64,000 bases of DNA from a virus, in IMG/VR virus record IMGVR_UViG_3300025815_000010, positions 15,775-79,774 of that record, one strand, 5' to 3'. Numbering within the stretch: position 1 is the first letter of the stretch; each line of letters opens with the position of its first letter. Both the position numbers and the translations under genes were made by a program. Under the pieces are notes generated by a model, which saw nothing but the letters and a program-made list of their open reading frames with translations, was not told the DNA's origin and made no database searches. Below are positions 16,813-27,238 of this stretch, in pieces.

Positions 16813-19494
16813 TTAACCCTTGATTAATTTTTGCCAGCGATTGTAGATAGATTCATCCAACTCTCCACGAGCTTGTGCTGCCGCGAACTCTCTTTCAAAT
16901 TCATCAGGCTCTGTGTTTCTGTCGTAAAATCCACTTTCAATCTTTTCCATTTCTATTTTAATCTCTTCAGCAGTCATTTTTATTTCTTCGTTCTGCTGGA
17001 TACTAACGTCTTCACCTTGTGCGATTACATCTTTTAACAATGCTAACATTGTAATCGTTTTCCCAATCAAACTAATCGCTCTTTTTCTATTGCCTAGAGG
17101 GCCTTTGGCAAACGTCATCTTACCGAAATCAGCGATATCTCCCGGCAAGAACTCATCCACTTTACTAAAATCGTAAGTAACAGTCTTAGTCGGCCCTTTC
17201 TTGGCCTTGAGACGCTTCTCGATGTTTCTTAAATCCTGAACTGCTTGTTCAATCGCAGGTGCTGCAGACGTCATAGCAACTACACTGCCACCTGTAGCGG
17301 CAGCAGGTGATGCCGCCTGGCCTATTGAGAGGCTACTTGACTGCGTGGCGCTCGGGAGAGTACCAGTAAATTCTTTCTTTGAGCGCTTAATTAATTCAAT
17401 TGCTTCTGATGGCCCGAATTGACGTTTAAGCTCGGCGGCAGTTGCTTGATACCACTTTTGGAAAGCACTATAGGAACTGTCTTTTGGCAATACAGCTTCT
17501 TTCAAATTATCTCCAGTGGTCGCCGCAATCCACACTCTAGCCATTTCAGCATGTTTTGGACTCACTGAAGCAAACTTACGCCAGTCAGCAGGAATACCGG
17601 AAAGATCAACTGCTGAACTTGACTGTTGTGATGGCTTGGATACTTGAGTTGGCATCTTCTGCCTTAGTTGGGTATACATCGGACTGACAGCATTCTTGAA
17701 GCCACCTTCAGCCGGTGGTTCAACCACTAAAGGCTCTGCTAGTAAGCCGAGAATCTTATCATTTCGTTGTAATTCTTCATAAGATTTTGGTGGAGCAGCA
17801 AATACATCGCTCATAGTTTTAAAGATCCTACTTGCTACTTGTATCCTATCCTGATCCGTGCTTCCCCAGCTGTTCCATGAACCATTGCTTTGCAAATATT
17901 GTAAAATACTGTCTGCACTAGATAGGTTTGCTGATGCCTGCTCAGCCAGAACAGTTTTAACTTCTTGGATAACCATTTCCTCTAATTGCTTGCTTGTGAG
18001 TTTCATCTTCTTTGATCTCCTTTGTTGTCTTTCAATTCTTTTAGCTAACCTGACCTGTAAATTATTTTTTGCTCTCTCGATCCTGGCTTTAAGCTTTTCA
18101 CTGTTTTTTGCTTTTGGCAATAAACTTTCTAATCTTTCAATCTTCTTTACTAAAGCTGGAAATGGCAACGAATTGTCCGAGCCACGCTCAGTTTGCTGTC
18201 CAAATTGTTTTGGGTTTATTGGCAATAACTCACCAGATTCTGCATTATTTAATTCCTGTTCGACTGAACGTTCAATTAACTCTTCCATAGTTTCTTTGTC
18301 AACTCGACCAGTCGCTTCTAGGCGATTTCTTTTTTGAAAATCAATTACTGCTTTTTCTGTTCTAGGGCCAAAATACCCATCTATTCCAATTCTGATACCT
18401 GCTGTTTGTAGCAGCCCTTGTAGAACCCTAACTATTCCTTCTCCTTGCGCACCAGAAGGCAAGGATCTATCAAATTTTTTCAAGACTCCTTTATTATTTA
18501 GGATATCTTCTTGTGTGAGGTTAGTCACTTGATATGTTGGTCTAACATTTGTACTGACCGCTGTCTGAGCCTGTTTTCGTGCTTCCTCTGGAGTGTCCCC
18601 ACCTTTCTCAACCTCGGCAGCTACTTGTTTCTCTGTTTCGGCAACTCCACTTAATACAATTTTATTAGCGTTAACAGCAGAAGATACCACTCTATCAACA
18701 AGCTTTAAAAGTGCTGTTTCTGCCGCATCCTCACTCTTAATACGAAAACGATCTTCTGTGCCACGATCTCTAGCATACTGCCATTCAGAAGCGATCATCT
18801 TCTTAACCAAACTGGTCAATGAATCCTTCATAAATGCTTGTTTTATTGGAGTCGGGCTAATTGGACTGTTTGCTACTGTTATCTCATTAGCTTGCTCAAT
18901 AAACGCCTGCCTTCGACCAATCGCTTCCGTGCTTGGGTTATTGGGAGTATAATCTATGGTTGCTGTCGGAGCGTAATCAGCGCCGGACATGACCCTATCT
19001 AGACCCAAAGAGGGAACCCAATATTCCTTAAACCTGCTATAAAAATCTGTTGCGTTAAAGATGTAGCTACAGCATTCTGCTAAGAAGTTTGCATACTCTT
19101 GTGAGTATGCAACCATTGAGTCACTAAGTGGCTCAGAAGCATCATCTGGTATTAACTTAAGTATTTTTTCTGTGTCGGGGTTTGAGCTACTTTGCTGCAC
19201 CCAGGCTTGGAAAATATTAGCTAAATATGCAGAGGTTGGGGCACCGACGAGAGCAGTTTGTCTTAGGCTAAACTGCCCTCCTGACGTAAACATTGCTTTG
19301 CCAAGACTTTTAAGTACCGGCCCTAAAACTTTAGTGCCAAGGAAACTAAGTGCTGAGCCTGCCATCGGTGCTGCTGCTCTAAGACCTAAAGCTCCGAAAC
19401 CCACTTCATCCAACTGCCGCTGCTCTTTCATAGCAGACTTAGCTTCTTCAATAATAATTTGATTTATTTCAAATTCGGTCAACTTATGTGCCAT
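16813..19494 (-). CDS. Large protein with peptidoglycan-binding (PG_binding_1) domain, probable internal virion protein
   Basis: VRVLQGLL...IDGYFGPRTEKAVIDFQKRNRLEATGRVDKET at about 18277-18435. Likely start MAHKLT at 19494 with GGAG SD. Confidence 0.75.
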   Translation of the reverse strand: MAHKLTEFEINQIIIEEAKSAMKEQRQLDEVGFGALGLRAAAPMAGSALSFLGTKVLGPVLKSLGKAMFTSGGQFSLRQTALVGAPTSAYLANIFQAWVQQSSSNPDTEKILKLIPDDASEPLSDSMVAYSQEYANFLAECCSYIFNATDFYSRFKEYWVPSLGLDRVMSGADYAPTATIDYTPNNPSTEAIGRRQAFIEQANEITVANSPISPTPIKQAFMKDSLTSLVKKMIASEWQYARDRGTEDRFRIKSEDAAETALLKLVDRVVSSAVNANKIVLSGVAETEKQVAAEVEKGGDTPEEARKQAQTAVSTNVRPTYQVTNLTQEDILNNKGVLKKFDRSLPSGAQGEGIVRVLQGLLQTAGIRIGIDGYFGPRTEKAVIDFQKRNRLEATGRVDKETMEELIERSVEQELNNAESGELLPINPKQFGQQTERGSDNSLPFPALVKKIERLESLLPKAKNSEKLKARIERAKNNLQVRLAKRIERQQRRSKKMKLTSKQLEEMVIQEVKTVLAEQASANLSSADSILQYLQSNGSWNSWGSTDQDRIQVASRIFKTMSDVFAAPPKSYEELQRNDKILGLLAEPLVVEPPAEGGFKNAVSPMYTQLRQKMPTQVSKPSQQSSSAVDLSGIPADWRKFASVSPKHAEMARVWIAATTGDNLKEAVLPKDSSYSAFQKWYQATAAELKRQFGPSEAIELIKRSKKEFTGTLPSATQSSSLSIGQAASPAAATGGSVVAMTSAAPAIEQAVQDLRNIEKRLKAKKGPTKTVTYDFSKVDEFLPGDIADFGKMTFAKGPLGNRKRAISLIGKTITMLALLKDVIAQGEDVSIQQNEEIKMTAEEIKIEMEKIESGFYDRNTEPDEFEREFAAAQARGELDESIYNRWQKLIKG

Positions 19495-20023
19495 TCTTTG
19501 CGTCTCCAATTAGCTTGATAGCTGCTCTTGCTATGATTAAACTGTCTGCTCTATCATAAGATACTGGCTTGGGGTTCCCTCTGCTAGTATATTCTATAGT
19601 GAAAGACTCTTCATTCTTCAATAAATAGTCCAAAACAACATCTTTTGCCTTTTGGCCTCTGGAAACTTTAATGCCACTTAACTTTCTCGCTTGGGCTGGA
19701 GATATATGAACTGGTCTATATCCAAACGTGTCATGACACAGCCAAGAAACAATACCATTAAAGGCTTGAAGTTTCGCCATTGTCTTGGCTGTTGAGCCAC
19801 CTGATTTAAAGAAAACAAAAGGTTCCTCAATATAGACATGTTTTATATTGTAGTAAAGATTTATTTCCTTAAGTTTTTCTTTAATAAACGATCCTTTATT
19901 ATAGAGATCTGAAAATAAACGTTTGTTTCTTAAGTCCCATGCTTCACAAATTATTATTTTTGCTTCCTCGTCTAGAATCGTATATCCTGTAACTGAGGTG
20001 CTTATATCTAATCCCAATATCAT
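19484..20023 (-). CDS. RuvC-like Holliday junction resolvase
   Basis: MILGLDISTSVTG, VYIEEP, DRADSLIIA. Confidence 0.85.
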   Translation of the reverse strand: MILGLDISTSVTGYTILDEEAKIIICEAWDLRNKRLFSDLYNKGSFIKEKLKEINLYYNIKHVYIEEPFVFFKSGGSTAKTMAKLQAFNGIVSWLCHDTFGYRPVHISPAQARKLSGIKVSRGQKAKDVVLDYLLKNEESFTIEYTSRGNPKPVSYDRADSLIIARAAIKLIGDAKNGT

Positions 20024-21435
20024 ATATCTAACTTAACTTTAAATGTAAATTCCCTGTCTTCTGTTTTCTTAACAGGTTTTGCAACAGTTGTCACGCCAAT
20101 TAAGTTTTTATCTTTGTCATATATTCCAATTTTTGATACATAGGTTTCCTTAGCGAAGCTACCAGTTGGTGTATCGTAGGAAGAACTTACAATATTTACT
20201 GTGTCTAGTTCTGGCTCTGAATACAAAACAGAGCTTGTTATACTTGAATAATAATCTGTGGCTGTACTACGACTTAAGAAAGTTGGGTTATTTGAGTAGT
20301 TTAACTCGCCCTTTGGAGCATGAGCAAGCATAGTCATAACAGGGACTTGATTTGATCCAGAGAACTGCATAGAATAGCTTGCAGAAGCTCTAGTATCTGC
20401 ACTGTGCCCGTCGTTTGGTATACCATCATTCGCCCCTACACCAAAGTAAAGCCATGAAGAAGTTACTGCTGTCCCAGTGTTTTTATAGTTTAATTCTGCA
20501 TCAGCTGATGGGCCAGTAGTTTGCAAATTCCAACTTCCTGTTAAAATGACAAAGCCCTGCTTGTATAGAGCTATACCAGCTACACTACCAGACCCTGTGC
20601 TGCCTTCAGGCCCTACTTGTATAAGTTCGCCATTTCTATTTTCATCTTTAAGTTGTCCGATAAGAGTACCAGTTAGATAATACTTTATATCTAATGTTCC
20701 TCTCTCAATTCCACCTCCGTAAAATATACTTGGAATACTTATAAGGTTAACGGGCACTTCATCTAAATCTCTAGAGTATCCATCCGAGAACGAAGCAGAA
20801 TACCTAAAATGTGGACTCATGAAAGAACTGGCATTTATTGTATTTTTCAAGCTGTTTATATGAGAAGAGGAAAGTAAAGTTTTAAGTCTCTCATATCTCT
20901 GTAGGCTGTTCCTTGCGACTGTTGATAAGCTTGTTACAACATTATTCGTGTCGTATGCAGGAAGCCCACTGTCCGTTGTGTCGCCATCTTCAAGTTTAAG
21001 TGGTATACCTAAGTGCTCCACCCTCTCGTCATTGATGACTGTTTCGTTATTCGTCCTCATTGTTGAAAAATGATTATCGTCAAAAAACTCTCTGACTATT
21101 GAAGACGATAGAGGGTAAGCTGAACCACTGATAGTAGACCCGTACTCAAGTGAATAAAAATCAGTTGTGGAAACCGTCTTAAATGTTGTAAGAGAACTAT
21201 CTTTTGTGATAAAAGCGTAGATAAGACCCGTATCACTCTCGGTCCTATCTACGTTCATTTCATATAAGCTGATGTGTCCCGATGGAACACCAGGGACACT
21301 AGAAGCAAATTCTCCTGCTAACTCACCCCTATTGTTGTAGAATACTTGTGAATTGTAGATATCAAACTTGCAAGAAGGATTTGTTTCAAGAAAGTTTACA
21401 AATAAATCGTTATTTGTAAATTTGTAATAAGACAT
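20020..21435 (-). CDS. Baseplate/tail structural protein (tail-collar-like C-terminus)
   Basis: C-terminal TYVSKIGIYDKDKNLIGVTTVAKPVKK...FKVKLDI, paralogous to the upstream gene. Confidence 0.65.
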   Translation of the reverse strand: MSYYKFTNNDLFVNFLETNPSCKFDIYNSQVFYNNRGELAGEFASSVPGVPSGHISLYEMNVDRTESDTGLIYAFITKDSSLTTFKTVSTTDFYSLEYGSTISGSAYPLSSSIVREFFDDNHFSTMRTNNETVINDERVEHLGIPLKLEDGDTTDSGLPAYDTNNVVTSLSTVARNSLQRYERLKTLLSSSHINSLKNTINASSFMSPHFRYSASFSDGYSRDLDEVPVNLISIPSIFYGGGIERGTLDIKYYLTGTLIGQLKDENRNGELIQVGPEGSTGSGSVAGIALYKQGFVILTGSWNLQTTGPSADAELNYKNTGTAVTSSWLYFGVGANDGIPNDGHSADTRASASYSMQFSGSNQVPVMTMLAHAPKGELNYSNNPTFLSRSTATDYYSSITSSVLYSEPELDTVNIVSSSYDTPTGSFAKETYVSKIGIYDKDKNLIGVTTVAKPVKKTEDREFTFKVKLDI

Positions 21436-21443
21436 AAGTCCCC

Positions 21444-22604
21444 CTAGTAATCTAAGCGGACTCTTAGTGTTAACTCATTCGATGGGTCTTTCTTGATTGG
21501 CTCTGACAACTTAGCAACAGCCATTAGCTCATTGTCCGCAGAATAGAGTCCGACTGTCGTAATGTATGAATGTGGGTCTGACGCAACAGAACCATCTTTA
21601 ATAACAATCTCACTTGGGCCACCAGCCGAAGTGGATAGATATGTTGGGTTAGCGCTGTAATTGAATTCAGAGTTGTTGACACGACAGAAGTAAATTGTTG
21701 AATTTAGCTCTGTGGTGTTATTGAATTGGAGGTTGTACACTCTATTCCTAAGCTCGTCTGCCATAACTTGGATGGTAGAAGCAGTAACAGCGTTGAAACC
21801 TGTTGTGCCTCCAGTAGACACAATTTGCAAAGTGCCCGGTGCCGTGTTGGACAGGATGCCTCCATCGGCAGCGTCGTTAAATACAGAGCCAGAGACAACA
21901 GCGACACCTGCTTGATAAAATATAAGTCCACAAGCTGGATTTGTTGTAGCATCGCCAAGAGTTTCCCCTTGGATATTAGCTGCCGAATCAATTGCTGAAG
22001 AAGAAGCAAAGAGGACGCCGTACTCTCCAGCCGGTGAGTTTACAAAATATCCGTCCGACCCCGATGTATCAGTTAGCTTAATTCTCTTATCAAAAGCTGT
22101 TCCGTCCTGGGATCTGGAGCCCGATACACCCAACTCAAGCTCAAAAGTCCCTTTCTTAATTTCGTCCTTTGTAAGAAGTCTTGAGAAGTTAACAAAGTAA
22201 CACTCCTTGAGCTTTGTGCCGCCAGCGATGATATCACCGTCTTCATCGAAAAGACGAACAGAACCAGTCTCGTCGTAGCCCATAAGAACCTGCGCCATCT
22301 GATTGTAGATATTGATCTTCTTTGAAGTCTGTGATGTTGTTGAGGAACTAAGAGCACTTGAGTCAGCTATGCCCGCAGTGATATCAAAGATATGGTTTGC
22401 AGAAGAACTTAGATAAGGATAATCGTAGACACTCTCAAACATTCCATGTGAGTACGTCTTGATATGGGTCTCAGACCCTAATGCGACCGAATCGCCACCG
22501 TAAGTACCAGACACAATGCTTCCAGTAATTGGAATGGACTCATGCAGTAGAGTTCTCGTAGATGTTGAATCGCCAGAGGCTAGAGACTTATAAGTTGATG
22601 CCAT
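21444..22604 (-). CDS. Baseplate/tail structural protein (tail-collar-like C-terminus)
   Basis: C-terminal YITTVGLYSADNELMAVAKLSEPIKKD...LRVRLDY. Confidence 0.65.
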   Translation of the reverse strand: MASTYKSLASGDSTSTRTLLHESIPITGSIVSGTYGGDSVALGSETHIKTYSHGMFESVYDYPYLSSSANHIFDITAGIADSSALSSSTTSQTSKKINIYNQMAQVLMGYDETGSVRLFDEDGDIIAGGTKLKECYFVNFSRLLTKDEIKKGTFELELGVSGSRSQDGTAFDKRIKLTDTSGSDGYFVNSPAGEYGVLFASSSAIDSAANIQGETLGDATTNPACGLIFYQAGVAVVSGSVFNDAADGGILSNTAPGTLQIVSTGGTTGFNAVTASTIQVMADELRNRVYNLQFNNTTELNSTIYFCRVNNSEFNYSANPTYLSTSAGGPSEIVIKDGSVASDPHSYITTVGLYSADNELMAVAKLSEPIKKDPSNELTLRVRLDY

Positions 22605-22619
22605 AATTACCTTCCTTTA

Positions 22620-23510
22620 TCAAACCTTGATGTATCTTACTGGAATATCGATGCTGTAGCCCGTTGAAACTCCAGTGACCTTCACTGTTGAATCAATGTG
22701 CTTAACGCTTGTTGACCCAACAGTAGAGGTGCCACCAAGCCTAGTAAATAGGGTGTCGCTACCATTAATGTCGAGAGTAGCACTAATTCTAAACTCGACT
22801 CTAGTACCCCTACGGCCATTGATCGATGAGCCGTCTGCTGTCAAATCATTGATTAGGGACACTGTTGAGCCAGCGCCGCCTTGAGAAATAAAATATGTTG
22901 CGACATTATCCTCGTCAACGAAGCTAGCTGGGATAGATGCGCCAGAACGGCTGACTAGCGTACCGAATCTGTTATCCATCTTAATCTCGTATTGGGTCTC
23001 TAGTAGATCGCCTGTGAGTGCTGCAACTGCTAGATTTCCATTTGCATCTACACCTTGATCAATACGAATTGTTGTGGAGTTTGTTGAATTACTGTTCTCG
23101 CCGTAGATTACTCCGTCTCTCGTGGAGATATCGGAGCTTGTTTCGGTTGATTGATTAACAGCAACTAAGAAGGCATTCGTTGTCGAATCTCTTGTTGTGC
23201 CCTTCGTCTCAAAAAGCTCCAGAATAGGTAGATAGAGGAAATCATTCCGGCTCAGAGTAACAAGCTTATGATGCAGCTGGGAGCCTGGGCTGGTGAAGGC
23301 TTCAAGAACTGGCGTCTGTAGGATCTCTAGATCATAATAAGCAGAACCGCTTGTATGAGCCGGATCATATAGTCTATAATTAATCTCATCATCGCCGAGG
23401 GCAAACTTTGAAATATTGAAAGTTCCGTCTCCTCTAGCTAATCTACGTCTTCCTGCATCGGTAAGGACAGCATCTAGAATGATGTCGCCACTGTTATCCA
23501 AAAAAGCCAT
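22620..23510 (-). CDS. Baseplate/tail structural protein (tail-collar-like N-terminus)
   Basis: DAVLTDAGRRRLARGDGTFNISKFALGDDEINY. GAGG SD. Confidence 0.65.
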   Translation of the reverse strand: MAFLDNSGDIILDAVLTDAGRRRLARGDGTFNISKFALGDDEINYRLYDPAHTSGSAYYDLEILQTPVLEAFTSPGSQLHHKLVTLSRNDFLYLPILELFETKGTTRDSTTNAFLVAVNQSTETSSDISTRDGVIYGENSNSTNSTTIRIDQGVDANGNLAVAALTGDLLETQYEIKMDNRFGTLVSRSGASIPASFVDEDNVATYFISQGGAGSTVSLINDLTADGSSINGRRGTRVEFRISATLDINGSDTLFTRLGGTSTVGSTSVKHIDSTVKVTGVSTGYSIDIPVRYIKV

Positions 23511-23530
23511 TTTCGTTCCTCTCTAAAATT

Positions 23531-23538
23531 TAAATAGT
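23531..23538 (-). promoter_or_regulatory. Putative late promoter ACTATTTA
   Basis: Intergenic, 21 nt upstream of ATG 23510. Confidence 0.6.
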
Positions 23539-23560
23539 TCGCTATATGAATAGTTTCTAT

Positions 23561-26500
23561 TTATGAAGTTGGTTTTCTCAAATCTTCTTTGTTAAATGTT
23601 AGATTAAAGTCTATCTTTTTTCCTGTCTTTTTTGAGGTAAGACGTATCTTAAATGTCTTATCCCATATTCTATCTTCTTCCTCTATATAGTCTGCCCCCA
23701 ACTGAACGTCGGGGATATCACTTGGGTCGGTAAAGTCAGTATTGGATGAAACATCTGCCGTAACCTGATCTAGTGTTGGTATGATTTCCATAAACTTCAT
23801 TAGATCAACGGAAGATACTTCATTATTAATGTAAGGAAACTCATGAGGTTTAACGAGAAGATAAACAGCGCCGCCATCGTCTACTAGCTCAACTTCATAA
23901 ACAATTGTTGGATTAGAGAAGTTTCCGTGGTAGTCAACAGACCTAAATGTATACCAGTATTTAACATTTGGCTGTAGCTTCTCTTGGTGTGCTATAGACG
24001 TTGCTCTAACAATCTTATTGTTTGCTGGTATCCTTGTTGACACCGTGTTACGTAGTTTTCCTGCGAAGTCGGAGTAACTTGTAGGCGGGCTGTCTGTTCT
24101 GAATATCTGGAAGAAAGAAGTCGCATCATCTTGTGAAAATTCGATTGCTTCTCCAGCGGATTTGCCTTGAGCCTCCACATGCCTATTAAACAGTTGCGCT
24201 TCTCCCTCTTCAATTGGTATCGGAACCTGCTCGACCGTTATGTTTGTAGATGCAAAACTAAACAACAATGTATCGTTAATTGCCCTATAGGGCGTAATTG
24301 TGACCTCTGGTGGAGGTGGAGGCTTTGAAAGAACAGAGGTTGTTGTAGTCATATACGGAACCTCTACAATCTCAACTACTGGTGTCATAACAATTTCATA
24401 CTCTGCCTCGTAACCGTTCAGTTCTACAGTGCTTGCACCGGCTCCAGGCTCGACCTTTTCAATAGAGCTTCCATAATATATAATATTATCATTTCCAGCT
24501 GCTTCTTGATCCATGAGGTTATCCGGCGAATAGGATGATAGTTGCTCGAAACCAGTAATAGGAGTCCCGTAAATGCTGTATGAATTTACGCCAGCCCAAT
24601 CAGGTGTCAAAAGGGGGCCATAGTTATTAACAAGGAAGACATGATGAGATGGAGGAAAACCTTGAACAGCGCCAAAAATGACAAGAGGATTATCACTACT
24701 CGTAGGCGCTCTAAATCTAAATATTTTATTATCAAATGCACCAAACCATAACTTTAGCCAATCTCTAACAGTAAAGTCTGATGGGTCTAGCGTTGGTAGC
24801 GAGATGGGGTTTCCTGTAAGACGCGCAGCCAATAAAAACGCGGAGGCGACTGAGGAATCCACAGGCGTGTCGGAAGTAACTCTATAATCATCCGACCAAG
24901 GAATATTACCAAACAGTTCTCTCCATGAAGGTACACCACCATTAGCTGGCGAATGGTCTCCAAGAAAGGTATTCACCACGAGCGGCTGACCGGTGGCAGG
25001 CTTCAAGTTCCATGAAGTTTCCAATATTTCATTTAGTCTTCCAATTGATAGAAAATATGCGTTCTCAGAACTAAACCCTGGAGCATCTTCAACCGAGTCT
25101 CCTAGGGTGTAGTTGTACGTTGGATCGTACAGATTTGCGTATACCGCCCAAGCAGGGTCACTAGTTAATGGTATCTCTGCTATGGCTTTTTCCCAATCTT
25201 CAAATAGATTAGCAAATCCTGCCCATTTAACGATGTATCCAATAATGATTCCGTCCGCATCTAAAACAGTTTCAACAATTGATGCTTTTGGCTCGCCACC
25301 ATCGGATTGCTCATACTTGTACTTTAAACCAAATACATACTTAAAAGCGCTAACCTTATAAGTGTATTCCTGCCCGTACTTCACTTGGGAATCAACATAA
25401 TTGATTTTTGATGCTGGGGATCCAATCCCTTGTGCCGGAATCCATATGTCTTGAATTGGATCTACGTTTGTATTTCTACCAACATATTTTGCAACCCTGT
25501 ACATAACAGTTTCATTGTGTGCTGTTTTGCCATCTTCAAAAGATTCCTTATACAATCTACCAAAATAGTTTCCACCCTCTGTCGTGTTGAAAGAAAGATT
25601 AGCTTGGCTTGAAAGGCCCTCTGGTCCTCCCGCTCCATACTCACTAGGTGAAAGTATGCCAGGCTCGTAGGAAAGCTGTGTGGTTTGTAATATTGAATTA
25701 TCTATCAAGACCGCTTCAAGAAAGTTTGGCCCGTCTACAGTTGGGTCTTCTTTAAGGGCTAGAGCCAATCTCGTTTGCCCAGAAGAGAGCACAGAAGAAT
25801 TAAAATCGACAAAAAGCTTTTTCGTATCATCAAAAGTATCTTGAGGGCTATCCTTTGGAACACCATTTGCTGAATCTCTGTGATAGGTTATGGCAGCATT
25901 AAATGAATTAAAACTACCATTCTCAAAACCAGTTGAAGAAAGTAAGTAATTGTGCAAAGGCGGAGAAACAGATAACCTCTCTTGTTGTGCGTTTGCAGAG
26001 TCAAAGAATGTTTTCTCTTCAAAAGCATACCGAGGATCACCATTTGTCGCAATCGCTGGGTCTACATAATCTTTGTCGTATACTCCAGCTATGTGTGAAC
26101 CAAAAGAAGCATATAAAAGATTGGTTGCCAATTCGCCCGCAATTGGCCTTACTAGCCGTCCGTCTAATGTAACAAATTCTGGATAAGTCTCCGTTTGAAA
26201 ATATACAGAGTTGTAAAATGGAATCTTATTTTCTGTTGGGAATATATCTATAATTTCTGGGCTGCTTAATAAAACAGATGTCTGAAAAGAGAAAATAATA
26301 TTCTTTGCTTTTGTTTCAAGAGAACTTTGTTCTTCGGACTCCAAATCAATATAGATTTCTGGCCACTGCTTATAATAATTTGTATATTTAATGTCTAATG
26401 TTTTGTCCAGATCTGAAAGTAAAAACTCTTCCAAGCTCAGGCCAGATGTATCAAATTCATCTTGCAGATATGAATCAGAAAACAATCCTTGTTTTATGAT

Positions 26501-27238
26501 AACATCTTCTTCAATTCCGCCATAAAGTAAGGTATGATCTTTCATATCTTGGTACACTTCGTATGTTCCAAGCCCCGCCGACCCGATTGAAATACTAGGT
26601 AAATAAGTTGGTGTAGTAAACTGAGGGCTTCCAGACGCATCTTCGAAGGTAGCCTCATCGCCAAGCCTTTCGATTAAAGAAATATTATAATAGTTTGGAA
26701 GTATTTCTTCCCTAACATTAGTTATCGAACCCTCATATTCTTCAATTAAATAATTATATGATGAAGAAGATTCATTATCCGAGCCAAGCTCAGGCATCTC
26801 GTATTGAAAAGTTCTATCATAAAAGCGTCCATCACCATCTGTGGGGTTTTGAAAAATGTATTCAATATCTGATTTAAAGACATTAATTGATGAATAATTA
26901 ATGCTATCACCAGTCACCTTTAGTTTTAACTTTGCAATTCCAGTGGAAGCATCCCTAGATAAACCCATAAACAATTCTGGATTTTGAGGAACAGTCTCCG
27001 TGCTTTCTTTTCTCTTAACGACTACAGATCTAGCTGATTCTCCGGGGCTTCTCGGTGGTAAATTTAATTCTGTAGGATCTGCATAACGGACTCCAGGCGA
27101 AGTAGGGTCAAAAGTTAATCTCTTTGCTTCGGGATTCCAATTCCCGTCGATAAGATAGTGTTGGCCCATCAATAATCTAAAGTTATCCCTAATCGTAGTT
27201 GGGTAAACATCTGGGCTGATGTATTTTTTAGTAGCCAC
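23561..27238 (-). CDS. Large virion structural protein (Fn3-like beta-sandwich segments)
   Basis: 1225 aa in the baseplate block. YVDSQVKYGQEYTYKVSA and KLQPNVKYWYTFRSVD resemble Fn3-like strand motifs. Confidence 0.6.
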   Translation of the reverse strand: MATKKYISPDVYPTTIRDNFRLLMGQHYLIDGNWNPEAKRLTFDPTSPGVRYADPTELNLPPRSPGESARSVVVKRKESTETVPQNPELFMGLSRDASTGIAKLKLKVTGDSINYSSINVFKSDIEYIFQNPTDGDGRFYDRTFQYEMPELGSDNESSSSYNYLIEEYEGSITNVREEILPNYYNISLIERLGDEATFEDASGSPQFTTPTYLPSISIGSAGLGTYEVYQDMKDHTLLYGGIEEDVIIKQGLFSDSYLQDEFDTSGLSLEEFLLSDLDKTLDIKYTNYYKQWPEIYIDLESEEQSSLETKAKNIIFSFQTSVLLSSPEIIDIFPTENKIPFYNSVYFQTETYPEFVTLDGRLVRPIAGELATNLLYASFGSHIAGVYDKDYVDPAIATNGDPRYAFEEKTFFDSANAQQERLSVSPPLHNYLLSSTGFENGSFNSFNAAITYHRDSANGVPKDSPQDTFDDTKKLFVDFNSSVLSSGQTRLALALKEDPTVDGPNFLEAVLIDNSILQTTQLSYEPGILSPSEYGAGGPEGLSSQANLSFNTTEGGNYFGRLYKESFEDGKTAHNETVMYRVAKYVGRNTNVDPIQDIWIPAQGIGSPASKINYVDSQVKYGQEYTYKVSAFKYVFGLKYKYEQSDGGEPKASIVETVLDADGIIIGYIVKWAGFANLFEDWEKAIAEIPLTSDPAWAVYANLYDPTYNYTLGDSVEDAPGFSSENAYFLSIGRLNEILETSWNLKPATGQPLVVNTFLGDHSPANGGVPSWRELFGNIPWSDDYRVTSDTPVDSSVASAFLLAARLTGNPISLPTLDPSDFTVRDWLKLWFGAFDNKIFRFRAPTSSDNPLVIFGAVQGFPPSHHVFLVNNYGPLLTPDWAGVNSYSIYGTPITGFEQLSSYSPDNLMDQEAAGNDNIIYYGSSIEKVEPGAGASTVELNGYEAEYEIVMTPVVEIVEVPYMTTTTSVLSKPPPPPEVTITPYRAINDTLLFSFASTNITVEQVPIPIEEGEAQLFNRHVEAQGKSAGEAIEFSQDDATSFFQIFRTDSPPTSYSDFAGKLRNTVSTRIPANNKIVRATSIAHQEKLQPNVKYWYTFRSVDYHGNFSNPTIVYEVELVDDGGAVYLLVKPHEFPYINNEVSSVDLMKFMEIIPTLDQVTADVSSNTDFTDPSDIPDVQLGADYIEEEDRIWDKTFKIRLTSKKTGKKIDFNLTFNKEDLRKPTS

